Below, one piece after another: positions 10,140 through 20,293 of a DNA stretch of 64,000 bases. This DNA is from Acidimicrobiales bacterium (GTDB lineage: Bacteria > Actinomycetota > Acidimicrobiia > Acidimicrobiales > SZUA-35). Each line of letters begins with the position of its first letter. The stretch's first letter is position 1. The translations under genes and the position numbers were made by a program. Where the stretch lies: the NCBI GenBank assembly GCA_028285495.1, contig JANQPB010000014.1, positions 213,704 through 277,703 of the forward strand. The letters are read 5' to 3'. The notes beneath the pieces were generated by a model, which was given only the letters and a program-made list of their open reading frames with translations, did not search any database and was not told the DNA's origin.

Positions 10140-11045
10140 CTAGATCCCGCCGGATCCCGATTCGTGCCAGCGGCTGATCGCCAGGTTCTGGATCCAGCCG
10201 AAGATGAGGAAGACCGCGACGCCGAGGGCCGACGACATGAACACCGCGGCCAGCAACTGCTCGCCGTCGAGCTGGTTGGCGTAGCGCTGCAGGAGCTGGC
10301 CGATCCCGACGTCGCCCCGCCCGAAGAAGAAGTCGCCGACGATGGCGCCGATGACCGACAGGCCGGCCGAGATGCGGAGGCCGGCGAAGATGGCGGGCAT
10401 GGCCGCCGGCAGCATCAGCTTGCGGAGTCGGGTGAGGCGGCTGGCGTTGTGCAGCGTGAACAGGTCGTGGGTGCCCCGCTCGGCCGACTGCAGCCCGAAC
10501 AGCGTGTTCACGATGATCGGGAACAGCGAGATGATCACGCAGACGAGGATCCTGGCGGTCTGGCCCGTACCGAACCAGAACGAGATCAGGGGAACGATGG
10601 CCAGGATCGGGATGGCCTGGAGCACGACCATGAACGGGAAGATGCCCCGCTCGATCACCTTGGCCTGGCTCATGATGATGGCGAGGAAGAAGCCGATGGC
10701 GATGGCGATGGCGAGGCCGATCATCGCCACCCGGGTCGACGACCAGAGACCGCCGAGGATCTCGGAGAAGTTCTCCCAGTCGGCGAAACCGACCTGCCAC
10801 ACCTCGTGGGGCGGGCGCAGGAGGAACCGCTTGCCCGGGTCGAGGAACACGTAGGTGACGACGTACCAGAGGCCGATGATGGCGGCCCCGAGCACGAGCG
10901 GGGGCAACACCGTCTCGGCCGTCTGTCGAGCCCGGCTCTTCGTGCGGTACGGCTCGGGCGGAGCGGCGTCGAAGGTCGGCGTCTGGTCACCACCGGGCCC
11001 GGCGGCCCCGTCGACGCCGACCGTGTCGGTCAGTTCCGTGGTCAT
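10140..11045 (-). CDS. ABC transporter permease (NitT/TauT family)
   Basis: QAIPILAIVPL, KLMLPAAMPAIFAGLRISAGLSVIGAIVG. Confidence 0.9.
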   Translation of the reverse strand: MTTELTDTVGVDGAAGPGGDQTPTFDAAPPEPYRTKSRARQTAETVLPPLVLGAAIIGLWYVVTYVFLDPGKRFLLRPPHEVWQVGFADWENFSEILGGLWSSTRVAMIGLAIAIAIGFFLAIIMSQAKVIERGIFPFMVVLQAIPILAIVPLISFWFGTGQTARILVCVIISLFPIIVNTLFGLQSAERGTHDLFTLHNASRLTRLRKLMLPAAMPAIFAGLRISAGLSVIGAIVGDFFFGRGDVGIGQLLQRYANQLDGEQLLAAVFMSSALGVAVFLIFGWIQNLAISRWHESGSGGI

Positions 11046-11827
11046 GAGTGGCCTCCCCGGAGGGCGTGCGACACCTCGCCGGCCAGATTGGCGAACTCGG
11101 GGTCGAAGCGGAGATCGGGGACCCGGGGGTAGTCGAACGGGACCTCGTACTCGGCGACGATCTGACCCGGCCGGGCCGACATGACGAGGACCCGGGTGCT
11201 CATGAACACCGCCTCGCTGATCGAGTGGGTGATGAAGAGCCCGGCGAAGCCCTCGCGCTGGAACAGCTGCTGGGTCTCGTCGTTGAGGTGCTCTCGGGTG
11301 ATCTCGTCGACGGCGCCGAAGGGCTCGTCGAACAGGAACACCGGCGGCCGGAGGGTGAGCGTGCGGGCGAGCGAGGCCCGCATCTTCATGCCGCCCGACA
11401 GCGACTTGGGGTAGTGGTTCTCGAAGCCCTTGAGGCCGACCAGCTCGATCGCCTCGTCGGCCAGCTTGCGACGCTCGGCCTTGCCGATCTTGTGCAGCTC
11501 GGCGAACAGCTCGACGTTGGCCTGGACGTTGCGCCAGGGCAGGAGCGTGGCGTCCTGGAAGACGTAGCCGATGCGCTCGCGGTCGACCTGGACCGTGCCC
11601 GCGGTGTTGGTCAGCAGACCGGAGGCGATCTTCAACAGGGTCGACTTGCCGCAGCCGGACGGGCCGACGATCGTCACGAACTCGCCCCGGTCGACCTGGA
11701 ACGAGATGTCTCGAAGGGCCTCGGTTCCGTCGGGGAAGACCATCCCGATCTCGTCGAAGGCGAGAGCGGTGCGGCCATTGGCACCGGCGCCTGCCGGTGC
11801 CGATGCGGATGTCACGGTGTCAGCCAA
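11042..11827 (-). CDS. ABC transporter ATP-binding protein (NitT/TauT family)
   Basis: GPSGCGKST, LSGGMKMR, FLFDEPF, FITH. Confidence 0.93.
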   Translation of the reverse strand: MADTVTSASAPAGAGANGRTALAFDEIGMVFPDGTEALRDISFQVDRGEFVTIVGPSGCGKSTLLKIASGLLTNTAGTVQVDRERIGYVFQDATLLPWRNVQANVELFAELHKIGKAERRKLADEAIELVGLKGFENHYPKSLSGGMKMRASLARTLTLRPPVFLFDEPFGAVDEITREHLNDETQQLFQREGFAGLFITHSISEAVFMSTRVLVMSARPGQIVAEYEVPFDYPRVPDLRFDPEFANLAGEVSHALRGGHS

Positions 11828-11950
11828 GATCCGGTTCCTCGTCTCGCGCCGTTAACCGCGCTCTGCACGACGGCCCCTCCGGACGTTGTCGATGCTACAC
11901 CGGGGTCGGGGCCCGGCCGTAGACTCGGGCGTCGGCGTAACATGCCGTTC

Positions 11951-12241
11951 ATGGTCATCGAGTTCCTCACCTTCGACGTCCCACCGGGGGAAGTGGACGC
12001 CTGGCTGCCGATCGAGGAGGCCAACTGGAGCCGATTCCTGGAGGCCCAGGACGGGTTCGTCCGCAAGGAGATGTGGCGATCGGCCGACGATCCGGGCAAG
12101 GTCCACGCCGTCATCTGGTGGGAATCGATGGAGCAGTGGAAGGCGATCCCTCAGCACGAGCTCGACGCCGTGATCGAGGCGATGGGCGTGCACGAGCGGG
12201 AGGCGACCCTCACCGTCTACGACCTGCTGCGGACCTGCTGA
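11951..12241 (+). CDS. TIGR03792-like small dimeric alpha/beta-barrel protein
   Basis: MVIEFLTF...WSRFLEAQDGFVRKEMW...WESMEQWKAIP; TAACAT -10 seven nt before ATG. Confidence 0.7.
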   Translation: MVIEFLTFDVPPGEVDAWLPIEEANWSRFLEAQDGFVRKEMWRSADDPGKVHAVIWWESMEQWKAIPQHELDAVIEAMGVHEREATLTVYDLLRTC

Positions 12242-12270
12242 CCCGGCGGTCGGGCCGGGGTGGTCGCCGC

Positions 12271-13077
12271 TCAACCCCGGCCGAGGACGCCGGCGGCCCG
12301 CTCGACGGCGGCGACCGGATCGGCCGCCGGATCGAGCAGCTCGACGAGGTTGACGCCGAGCGAGGTCGGCGGCGGATCGCCCATCCTGGCCGCCTCGGCG
12401 ACCAGCAGCGAGGCCACCTCGTCCCATCGGGCGACGCCGGGCCTGGCCTCGTCGGCCGCCGACTGGTAGAGCGCCAGCCCGGCCGACGACCCCGACCCGC
12501 CGGCCGCACGCCGGATGGCGGCCACCCGGTCGTGCTGATCGGGGGTGCAGCCGCTCACGAAGATGCCGTCGGCCTCGGCCGCCGCCAGCTCGAGCAGGCG
12601 AGGGCCGCGGGCACCGACCCAGATCGGCACCTGCCGTGGTGGCGCTGCGTGGTCCGGCGGCTCGTAGCCGTCGCTCGCCCGGCCGGCCAGGACCGCCCGG
12701 GCGGTGGTGATGGCCTCGGCCAGCCGGGCGACCGGCCGGGCCGGCTCGATGCCGAACGGGGCCAACGACTTGTCGCCGCCGACGCCGAGGCCGAGCACGA
12801 ACCGGCCGCCGCCGCTCAGCTCGTCGACCGTCGCCGCCGTCGCCGCCACGGCCCCCGGGTGGCGCAACAGCGGCGAGGTGATCCCGACTGCGAGCCGGAT
12901 CCGGCCGGTCTCACGGGCCGCCGCGGCCAGCACGGTCATCGGCTCGCGGGCCACCCCCTCGTCGGCCAGCCAGACCTCGTCGAGACCCAGCTCCTCGGCC
13001 CGGACGACGGCGGCGATCAGGCGGTCGGCCGGCGCCGCCGGGAACAGCCACACCCCGGCCGGCAGCCGGTCGATCAT
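12271..13077 (-). CDS. LLM class flavin-dependent oxidoreductase
   Basis: VWLADE, RIRLAVGITSPLLRHP, VDELSGG.RFVLGLG, WVGARGPR. Confidence 0.85.
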   Translation of the reverse strand: MIDRLPAGVWLFPAAPADRLIAAVVRAEELGLDEVWLADEGVAREPMTVLAAAARETGRIRLAVGITSPLLRHPGAVAATAATVDELSGGGRFVLGLGVGGDKSLAPFGIEPARPVARLAEAITTARAVLAGRASDGYEPPDHAAPPRQVPIWVGARGPRLLELAAAEADGIFVSGCTPDQHDRVAAIRRAAGGSGSSAGLALYQSAADEARPGVARWDEVASLLVAEAARMGDPPPTSLGVNLVELLDPAADPVAAVERAAGVLGRG

Positions 13078-13117
13078 CGACGACGCCGTCCGGCGTCGGT
13101 GAGGGCGACGGCGCCCT

Positions 13118-13981
13118 TCAGCGCTCGACGCTCCAGCTCTCGGGCGGGGCTGCGGCCTCGCTGACGATCGCCTCGGCTCGTCTGGACACCGACTCCTCCG
13201 ACTCGGGGTGGGTGAGGATCCAGAGCTTGCCGGTGCGGACGGCGGCCAGGACGGTCTCGGCCACCTCGCTCGGTTCGATCCCGCCGTCGACCCCGGCGGT
13301 CAGGAACTCGGCGAACTGGGCACCGGCCTGCGAGCCGCCGGTGACCCAACCGCCCATGCCGTCGGGCTGGTTGCGGTCCGAGCGGGCGATGCCGGTGCGG
13401 ACGAAGGCCGGGCACAGCACCGAGATCCCGACGGTCGATCCGACGAGCTGGCCCTCGTGCCACAGGCCTTCGCTGAGTCCGACGACGCCGAACTTGGTGG
13501 CGAAGTACGGCGCCATCAGCGGGCCCCCGCCCATGCCGGCCATCGAGGCGGTGTTGACGATGTGGGCCGGCCGGCCGTGGGCCTTCATCCGGGGAAGGAA
13601 CTCCCGGCAGCCCCAGATCACCGCCCGGAGGTTGACGTCGAGCACCCAGTCCCACTGCTCGTCGGTCTGCTCCTCCGCCAGGCCCGTCGTCACCACACCG
13701 GCGTTGTTGTGGAGGAAGTGGAGGTCGCCGAACCGGGCCTGGGCGGCGTCGGCCAGGGCGGTGATCTGGGCCCGGTCGCTCACGTCGGTCCGGACCGGCT
13801 CGACCGGGTAGCCGGCGTTGGTCAGCCGCTCGGCCGCCCGTTCGAGGGCCTCGTCCTCGACGTCGGCGATGACGAGGTTCGCGCCCTCCTGGCCGAGGCG
13901 GTCGGCGACGGCGAACCCGATGCCCGAGGCGCCGCCGGTGATGACGGCGGTGGCGCCGCCGAAGTCCTGCAGATGCTCCAT
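13118..13981 (-). CDS. Short-chain dehydrogenase/reductase
   Basis: TGGASGIG, NNAG, NTAS, YFATK catalytic motif. Confidence 0.9.
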   Translation of the reverse strand: MEHLQDFGGATAVITGGASGIGFAVADRLGQEGANLVIADVEDEALERAAERLTNAGYPVEPVRTDVSDRAQITALADAAQARFGDLHFLHNNAGVVTTGLAEEQTDEQWDWVLDVNLRAVIWGCREFLPRMKAHGRPAHIVNTASMAGMGGGPLMAPYFATKFGVVGLSEGLWHEGQLVGSTVGISVLCPAFVRTGIARSDRNQPDGMGGWVTGGSQAGAQFAEFLTAGVDGGIEPSEVAETVLAAVRTGKLWILTHPESEESVSRRAEAIVSEAAAPPESWSVER

Positions 13982-14050
13982 GGCCGTCGATGGTGGCAGA
14001 GGGCGGGCGAACCGGCGAACCGCCGACGGGATCTCCGGTAAGGTTCGGCC

Positions 14051-14389
14051 ATGGGTGAGGGTACGGACCGGGAGGGATCGACCGCCGAGACCGTGTTCTG
14101 GGATCTCGCGGCCGAGCTGATGGGCGCCGACGAGCGGATCGTCGAGGGCACGATCATGAGCTCGCGCTGCCTCCGGGTTGGCAAGGAGTTCCTCGCCATG
14201 CCGCACCACAAGACCGATGGTCTGGTGGTGAAGCTGCCGGCCGGGCGGGTCAGCGAGCTGATCGACGCCGGCCAGGGCGAGTCGTTCGCCCCGGCTGGCA
14301 AGGTGTTCAAGGAGTGGCTGGCGGTCACGGAGATCGACGAGGCCAACTGGCGCCAACTGCTGCGCGAGGGCATCGCCTTCGTCGGCTGA
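14051..14389 (+). CDS. Hypothetical protein (TfoX/YjbR-like fold possible)
   Basis: GLVVKLP...GKVFKEW pattern; TAAGGT -10 six nt before ATG. Confidence 0.6.
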   Translation: MGEGTDREGSTAETVFWDLAAELMGADERIVEGTIMSSRCLRVGKEFLAMPHHKTDGLVVKLPAGRVSELIDAGQGESFAPAGKVFKEWLAVTEIDEANWRQLLREGIAFVG

Positions 14390-14393
14390 GCCC

Positions 14394-15347
14394 GTGCTCG
14401 ACCACACACCCGAACCCGCCGCCTCCGGGCTGCTCGACGTCGGCGACGGTCACGCCCTCTACTGGGAGATCGTCGGCCCGGACGACGGGGTTCCCGTGGT
14501 CTACCTCCACGGCGGACCGGGGGGCGACGCCTCGCCCGGCATCCGCCGCTGGTTCGACCCCGAGCGGTTCCGGGCCGTCCTCGTCGACCAGCGCGGCTGT
14601 GGCCGCAGCCGCCCGCCGGCCGAGCAGCCGGACCACGACCTGTCGGTCCAGACAACCGACCATCTCATCGCCGACCTCGAGGCGATCCGCCGGCACCTGG
14701 GCATCGACCGGTGGCTGGTGCTCGGCCTGTCGTGGGGGTCGACGCTGGCCCTGGCCTACGCCCAGGCCAACCCGGACGCCGTGCGGGGCCTGGTGCTCGG
14801 GCTCGTGACCACCACCTCCGAGGAGGAGGTGGCGTGGATCACCGAGGGCGTCGGTGCCATCTTCCCCGAGGCCTGGGACCGATTGGCCGACCACGTGCCC
14901 GAGCGCTTGCGGGACCGGCCGCTGGTCGACGCCTACGGCGAGCTGCTGATCGACCCGGACCAGGCGGTCGTCGAGGCCGCCGCCGTCGAGTGGTGCCGGT
15001 GGGAGGACACCCACGTGTCGCTCGCCCCGGGCCACACCCCCAACCCGCGCTTCGAGGACCCGGCGTTCCGGGTCCGCTTCGCCAAGCTGGTGACCCACTA
15101 CTGGCGCCACCACGCCTTCCGTGGTGCCCGGCCGTTGCTGGCGGGCGCGGCCGACCTCGGCGACCTGCCGGGGATCCTGATCCACGGGCGCTACGACGTG
15201 AGCGGCCCGCTGCGCACCGCCTGGGAGCTGACCAAGGTCTGGCCAGGGGCCGAGCTGATCGTGATGGAGGACGGTGGCCACGGCGGGGCCGAGCTGCCCC
15301 AGTTGTGCGCCGACGCGTTGGTCCGGTTGGCGGCGGCCACCGACTGA
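14394..15347 (+). CDS. pip: Prolyl aminopeptidase (proline iminopeptidase)
   Basis: LHGGPG, DQRGCGRS, GLSWG nucleophile, HGRYD, GH. Confidence 0.88.
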   Translation: MLDHTPEPAASGLLDVGDGHALYWEIVGPDDGVPVVYLHGGPGGDASPGIRRWFDPERFRAVLVDQRGCGRSRPPAEQPDHDLSVQTTDHLIADLEAIRRHLGIDRWLVLGLSWGSTLALAYAQANPDAVRGLVLGLVTTTSEEEVAWITEGVGAIFPEAWDRLADHVPERLRDRPLVDAYGELLIDPDQAVVEAAAVEWCRWEDTHVSLAPGHTPNPRFEDPAFRVRFAKLVTHYWRHHAFRGARPLLAGAADLGDLPGILIHGRYDVSGPLRTAWELTKVWPGAELIVMEDGGHGGAELPQLCADALVRLAAATD

Positions 15348-15380
15348 GGAGCGGCCGGCCCGTCGCCCCCGGCGGCGCGG

Positions 15381-16535
15381 TCAGGTCAGCTTTGGCAGGA
15401 CCTCGGAGGCGAAGCGGTCGATCTGCTCGGCCGTCCTGGTGTAGGGGTCGCCGGGCATGTTGGGGAAGATGATCAGGTTCTCGATCCCGCCGAGCGCCTC
15501 GGCGTACTCGAGGATCTGGCCGGCCACGTCGTCGCCGGTCCCGACCAACCACGTGCGGTTGTCGAGCGACTGCTCGAGCGTCGGGATCAGCCCTGGCGGT
15601 GACGGCTTGCCGTCCTCGCCCATGTAGCCGCGGCTCCAGCCGTAGGGCCCGAGGAACTTCCAGAACTCGTCGTGGCCGTCCCGGACCTCGGCCATCGCCT
15701 GCTCGCGGCTGTCGGCGATCCACGGATTGATCACCAGGGTCCGCTTCTCCCCCACCGCCAGCTCGGTGCCGTTGGCGGCGGTGTAGCGCTCGGCGAAGCC
15801 GTGCCAGAACTGGCGGGTGAACTCGTGGTGCTTCAGCCAGAACACGCCGCCCCAACCCTTGGACGGCACGTAGTCGAGCGTCGGCGGCGAGGTGATGGCC
15901 TGCCAGGTCTCGAACGGGTGCAGCGGCCGGGGCACCAGGGTCAGCGTCTCGACGAAGCCGCCCCGATCGGGGATGCCGGGCGGCGGGAACTGGTAGATGT
16001 CACCCTGGAACGAGAACGTCTCCTGGTTGAGGGCGAGCTGGATGACGTCCATCGCCTCGTCGAACTGCTGGCGGTTCAGCGCGTCGGCCGCAGCCTGGTC
16101 GGGGTTGTCGTAGGAGCCGATGTCGGTGCCGAGGCTGCGGGCCTCGCGGGGCACGGTGCCACGGCCGACGCCGAGGATGGCCCGACCACCGGAGATGTTG
16201 TGGACGGTGGCGAAGTCCTCGGCCAGCTTCAACGGGTGCCACTGACCGACGATGTTGAACATCGTGCCGATCCGGATCCGCTCGGTCCGCTCGGCCAGGA
16301 TGGCCGAGAACAGCAGGCCGTTCGGCACGACCTCGTACCCCTCGTACTGGAAGTGGTGCTCGGTGAGCCAGTAGCTGTCGTAGCCGAGGCGGTCGCACTG
16401 CACGCCGATGTCGAGCAGCTGCTCGGATGCCCGCCACATCGCCTCGTTCGAGTAGCGACGATCCGTCGGGGCCGGTGGCCCGGCACCGGCGTCATCCATC
16501 TCGACACCACCGAACAGGAACACACCGACTCGCAT
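15381..16535 (-). CDS. Luciferase-like (LLM) flavin monooxygenase
   Basis: WLTEHHF, TERIRIGT, HPLKLAEDFAT, FASEVLP. Confidence 0.88.
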   Translation of the reverse strand: MRVGVFLFGGVEMDDAGAGPPAPTDRRYSNEAMWRASEQLLDIGVQCDRLGYDSYWLTEHHFQYEGYEVVPNGLLFSAILAERTERIRIGTMFNIVGQWHPLKLAEDFATVHNISGGRAILGVGRGTVPREARSLGTDIGSYDNPDQAAADALNRQQFDEAMDVIQLALNQETFSFQGDIYQFPPPGIPDRGGFVETLTLVPRPLHPFETWQAITSPPTLDYVPSKGWGGVFWLKHHEFTRQFWHGFAERYTAANGTELAVGEKRTLVINPWIADSREQAMAEVRDGHDEFWKFLGPYGWSRGYMGEDGKPSPPGLIPTLEQSLDNRTWLVGTGDDVAGQILEYAEALGGIENLIIFPNMPGDPYTRTAEQIDRFASEVLPKLT

Positions 16536-16584
16536 GCCCCCGATGCTAGCCGCGGCCCCCGATGGCGCTCCGGTCGAGCGTCCG

Positions 16585-17379
16585 CTACCCGTCCGGGCGG
16601 GTCACGAAGTAGTCGAGCGTGGCGACCGGACGGAAGCCGACGGCGGCGGCGGTGGCCGCCGAGCCGGCGTTGTCGGCCCCGTGCCGGTAGAGCGGCAGTC
16701 GCCCGTCGGCCAGCAGCCGGGCGGTGGTGTTGGCCACCACGAAGGTGGCCAGGCCGCGGCGGCGGTGATCGGCCCGGACCAGCACCCCGATGTCGGCCAG
16801 CACCGGATCCCAGTCGAAGGCCGAGGCCGAGGCGTAGGCGATGATGTCGAGGTCGTCGTGCCGATCATCGCCGCCGGTGGGGACGACGACGTTGATCGCC
16901 GCCTCGGCGAACTCGTCGAGCTCGTCGAGGGCCGCAGCCTCGACCTCGTCGGGGTCGCACCGCTCGGTGAACGCTCGGACGGCGTCGACGACGCCCGGCT
17001 GGTCGTCCCGCAACCAGCGCTGGCCCAGGCCGGGGGCGAGGTCGCCGGGGCCGGCCGGTCGACCGGCCAGGAGGTTGTTGCGGACCGTGGCGAACCGCTC
17101 GAAGCCGGCCGCGTCGAGCCTGGCCGCCAGCTCGTCGGCGGTGACGGTGGCGGGCCCCGCCAGGCCGGCGGCCCGGCCGACGACGGCCGGATCGCCCCAC
17201 ACGAGCACGTGGGCGCCGGCCCGGTAGCAGGCCAGGGCGCCCGATCCGGCCCGGTCGTCGCGTCCGACCACCGTGGTGCCGGCGCGGCCGAGGAGCCCAC
17301 GATCGAGTCCGGTGGCGTCGGTCAGGGAATCGAGGAAGCGTCGCTCGGCCACGACGGGGTCGCGGAGATCGTCCGACAT
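16585..17379 (-). CDS. GNAT-family N-acetyltransferase
   Basis: DIGVLVRADHRRRGLA acetyl-CoA motif, NAGSAATAAAVGF. Confidence 0.78.
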   Translation of the reverse strand: MSDDLRDPVVAERRFLDSLTDATGLDRGLLGRAGTTVVGRDDRAGSGALACYRAGAHVLVWGDPAVVGRAAGLAGPATVTADELAARLDAAGFERFATVRNNLLAGRPAGPGDLAPGLGQRWLRDDQPGVVDAVRAFTERCDPDEVEAAALDELDEFAEAAINVVVPTGGDDRHDDLDIIAYASASAFDWDPVLADIGVLVRADHRRRGLATFVVANTTARLLADGRLPLYRHGADNAGSAATAAAVGFRPVATLDYFVTRPDG

Positions 17380-17458
17380 CGGGCCCGATGCTGGCCGGTC
17401 CCCGGCACCCCGGCAAGCGAATTCGAGCCCGATCGGGGCGTCGCCGTAGGCTCGCCCC

Positions 17459-19258
17459 ATGGCCGACGACCAGCAGGCGACGCACGATTCGACCTACGAC
17501 GCCATCATCATCGGGGCCGGCGTCTCGGGTCTCTACCAGCTCCACCGGTTCGTGCAGCTCGGCTTGTCGGCGCTGGTGATCGAGGCCGGGACCGACGTCG
17601 GCGGCACCTGGTACTGGAACCGCTACCCCGGGGCCCGGTTCGACTCCGAGAGCTACAGCTACGGCTACTCGTGGTCGGACGAGCTGCTGGAGGAGTGGGA
17701 CTGGCAGGAGCGGTTCTCGGCCCAGCCGGAGAACCTGAGCTATCTCAGGCACGTGGCCGACCGGTTCGACCTGCGGCGACACATCCGCTTCGGCACGTTC
17801 GTGACCGGCGCCAGCTACGACACCGACCGCAGCCGGTGGCGGGTGACCGCCAGGCCGGCAAACGCGGACGGCGGCGAGCACCGACGAGCGGGGCCCGCAT
17901 CGGGCATCGCCGGCGACCACGGCGGTGACGGCACGACCATCGAGGTCGAGGACGTCGAGGTCGAGGCCCGCTACCTCGTGACCGCCGTCGGCCCCCTGTC
18001 GGTCCCCGTGTACCCGACGATCGACGGCCGTGACCGGTTCGGCGGCCGCTCGTGGCACACCTCGCACTGGCCCCGCAACGGCGACGGCTCGACCGACACC
18101 GGTCCGCTGGCCGGCAAGCGGGTTGCGGTGATCGGCACCGGAGCAACCGCCGTGCAGCTGATCCCCGAGGTGGCCGAGGTGGCCGGGCAGCTCACCGTCT
18201 TCCAGCGAACGCCGAACTGGTGTGCACCCCTCCACAACGGTCCGATCCCGCCGGAGGAGATGGCCGAGATCAAGACCCGCTACCGGGAGATCTTCGACAC
18301 CTGCGACGGCACGTTCGCCGGGTTCCTGCACGTACCCGACCGGCGCAAGGCCCTGGAGTGCACCCCCGAGGAGCGCGAGGAGCTGTGGGAGCGGCTCTGG
18401 GGCGAACCCGGCTTCGGCATCTGGATGGCCAACTTCCGCGACGTGCTGGTCGACGAGGAGGCCAACGGCCTGCTGTCCGACTGGGTGGCCGGCAAGATCC
18501 GGCAGCGGATCGACGACCAGGCGATCGCGGACCGGTTGATCCCGACCGACCACGGGTTCGGCACCAGGCGGGTGCCGATGGAGACCAACTACTACGAGGT
18601 CTACAACCAGCCGAACGTCGAGCTGGTGTCGCTGATCGAGACGCCGATCGTCGAGATCACCACGACCGGGATCCGCACGGCGGCTGCGACGGGTGACTCG
18701 GCCGACGACGCCAAGACCGGGGACGGCTACGGCGACGCCGAGCACGTCGACCGCGAGTTCGACGTCATCGTCTACGCCACCGGCTTCGACGCCGTCCTCG
18801 GCGGATTCAGTCGGCTCGACATCCGGGGCGTCGACGGGGTCGCGCTGGCCGACGTCTGGGCCGACGGGCCCCGGACGTTCCTCGGGCTCCAGGTGAGCGG
18901 CTTCCCCAACCTGTTCACCCTCGTCGGGCCGAACAACGCCTCGACATTCTGCAACATGCCCCGCTGCATCGAGCAGAACGTCGACTGGGTGACCGACCTC
19001 GTCGCGTTCTGTGAGCGGGAGGGGCTCACCCGGGCCGAGCCGACCGAGGAGGCGATGGCGGCCTGGGGTGAGCACGTCGTGACCAGCGGCGAGCGGATGC
19101 TGTTCACCAAGGTCAACTCGTGGTTCACCGGCGTCAACTCGAACCTCGAGGGCCGGGATCGGCGGCAGTTCCTGCTCTACGCCGCCGGGTTGCCGGCCTA
19201 CCGGGAGTGGGCCGACGACGTGGCGGCCAACGGCTACGACGGCGTCGTGTTCTCGTGA
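17459..19258 (+). CDS. Type I Baeyer-Villiger monooxygenase
   Basis: GAGVSG, GGTWYWNRYPG, FGGRSWHTSHWP fingerprint, GTGATA, ATGF. Confidence 0.92.
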   Translation: MADDQQATHDSTYDAIIIGAGVSGLYQLHRFVQLGLSALVIEAGTDVGGTWYWNRYPGARFDSESYSYGYSWSDELLEEWDWQERFSAQPENLSYLRHVADRFDLRRHIRFGTFVTGASYDTDRSRWRVTARPANADGGEHRRAGPASGIAGDHGGDGTTIEVEDVEVEARYLVTAVGPLSVPVYPTIDGRDRFGGRSWHTSHWPRNGDGSTDTGPLAGKRVAVIGTGATAVQLIPEVAEVAGQLTVFQRTPNWCAPLHNGPIPPEEMAEIKTRYREIFDTCDGTFAGFLHVPDRRKALECTPEEREELWERLWGEPGFGIWMANFRDVLVDEEANGLLSDWVAGKIRQRIDDQAIADRLIPTDHGFGTRRVPMETNYYEVYNQPNVELVSLIETPIVEITTTGIRTAAATGDSADDAKTGDGYGDAEHVDREFDVIVYATGFDAVLGGFSRLDIRGVDGVALADVWADGPRTFLGLQVSGFPNLFTLVGPNNASTFCNMPRCIEQNVDWVTDLVAFCEREGLTRAEPTEEAMAAWGEHVVTSGERMLFTKVNSWFTGVNSNLEGRDRRQFLLYAAGLPAYREWADDVAANGYDGVVFS

Positions 19259-19644
19259 CCGGCCGAGCGGCCGCGCCGGACCCGGGGCCGATCACGCCGG
19301 AGCGGGCCCTCGCCGTCTACGGAACGCTGGCCCCCGGCGAGTCGAACCATCACGTCGTCGCCGGGATCGAGGGCGCCTGGGTGCCGGTCGCCATCCGGGG
19401 ACATCGCTTCACGGCGCGCTGGCGGGACACGCCCGGCTACCCGGGCTTCACCCCGGACCCGACCGGTCCGGCCGTCGGGGCGCTCGCCCTCGTCGCCGAC
19501 GAGCTGGCCGGCCACTGGGACCGACTGGACGGCTTCGAGGGCCCCGGCTACCGGCGGGTCGAGATCGAGGTCTTCGATCCGGCGGGTAGCCGGGCGCTGG
19601 GTCGGGCGTTCGTCTACCAGACCCTGCCCGAGTTCTGGGATTGA
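19255..19644 (+). CDS. Gamma-glutamylcyclotransferase-family protein
   Basis: AVYGTL, LDGFEG..YRRV; GTGA overlap with BVMO stop. Confidence 0.8.
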   Translation: MTGRAAAPDPGPITPERALAVYGTLAPGESNHHVVAGIEGAWVPVAIRGHRFTARWRDTPGYPGFTPDPTGPAVGALALVADELAGHWDRLDGFEGPGYRRVEIEVFDPAGSRALGRAFVYQTLPEFWD

Positions 19645-19666
19645 GTCGGGGCGTGCGGAGCGCCGG

Positions 19667-20200
19667 TCAGCCGCGGGTGGCGCCGATCGACCCGATGGCC
19701 TGCAGACCGGCGCCGGCCAGGACGAGGGCGACGCCACTGCACACGGTGCGGATGAGGTTGAAGAACTGCCAGCGGCCCGAGTAGTCGTCCCAGATCTCCG
19801 CCGCGGCGTCGACCGAGTCGGGGACGGCCACCGTGGCCAGGTCCTCGTTCATGGGGACGTTGACCGTGGCGGTGAGGATCAGGCCACCGAGCAGGTACAC
19901 GACCGCCCCGGCCCCGAACAGCCTGGCCGCCCGGCGGCGGCCGGACGAGCGAGCCAGCAACGCCGTGGCGCCGAGCACCACCGGCGTGAGGAAGAAGCTC
20001 GGGAAGAACACGGCATTGCGGACCGAGGCGTTCATCGACTGCATGGCGGCGATGGCGACCCGGGGATCGGCGTCGTCGAGGCCCCACATCGTGGTGCACA
20101 CCCAGGCGTAGAAGGCGCCGAAGATGGCGCCGGCGAAGAGCACCGAGGCCAGACCGCTCGCTCGCAGCAGCGGAGTGGGTCGATGGTCGGTCGAGGTCAC
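19667..20200 (-). CDS. DUF1772 / anthrone oxygenase-family membrane protein
   Basis: AMQSMN, TVNVPMNEDL, W..FNLIRT; GAGGAG RBS upstream. Confidence 0.8.
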   Translation of the reverse strand: MTSTDHRPTPLLRASGLASVLFAGAIFGAFYAWVCTTMWGLDDADPRVAIAAMQSMNASVRNAVFFPSFFLTPVVLGATALLARSSGRRRAARLFGAGAVVYLLGGLILTATVNVPMNEDLATVAVPDSVDAAAEIWDDYSGRWQFFNLIRTVCSGVALVLAGAGLQAIGSIGATRG

Positions 20201-20293
20201 GGTCGACTCCTCGTCGGTCGGGGTTGGGGTGGCATCGCCGGTCAGGCCTCGCTCCCGTGCGTCGTGGCTGGTCCGCACGTTCTCGCCGTTATC

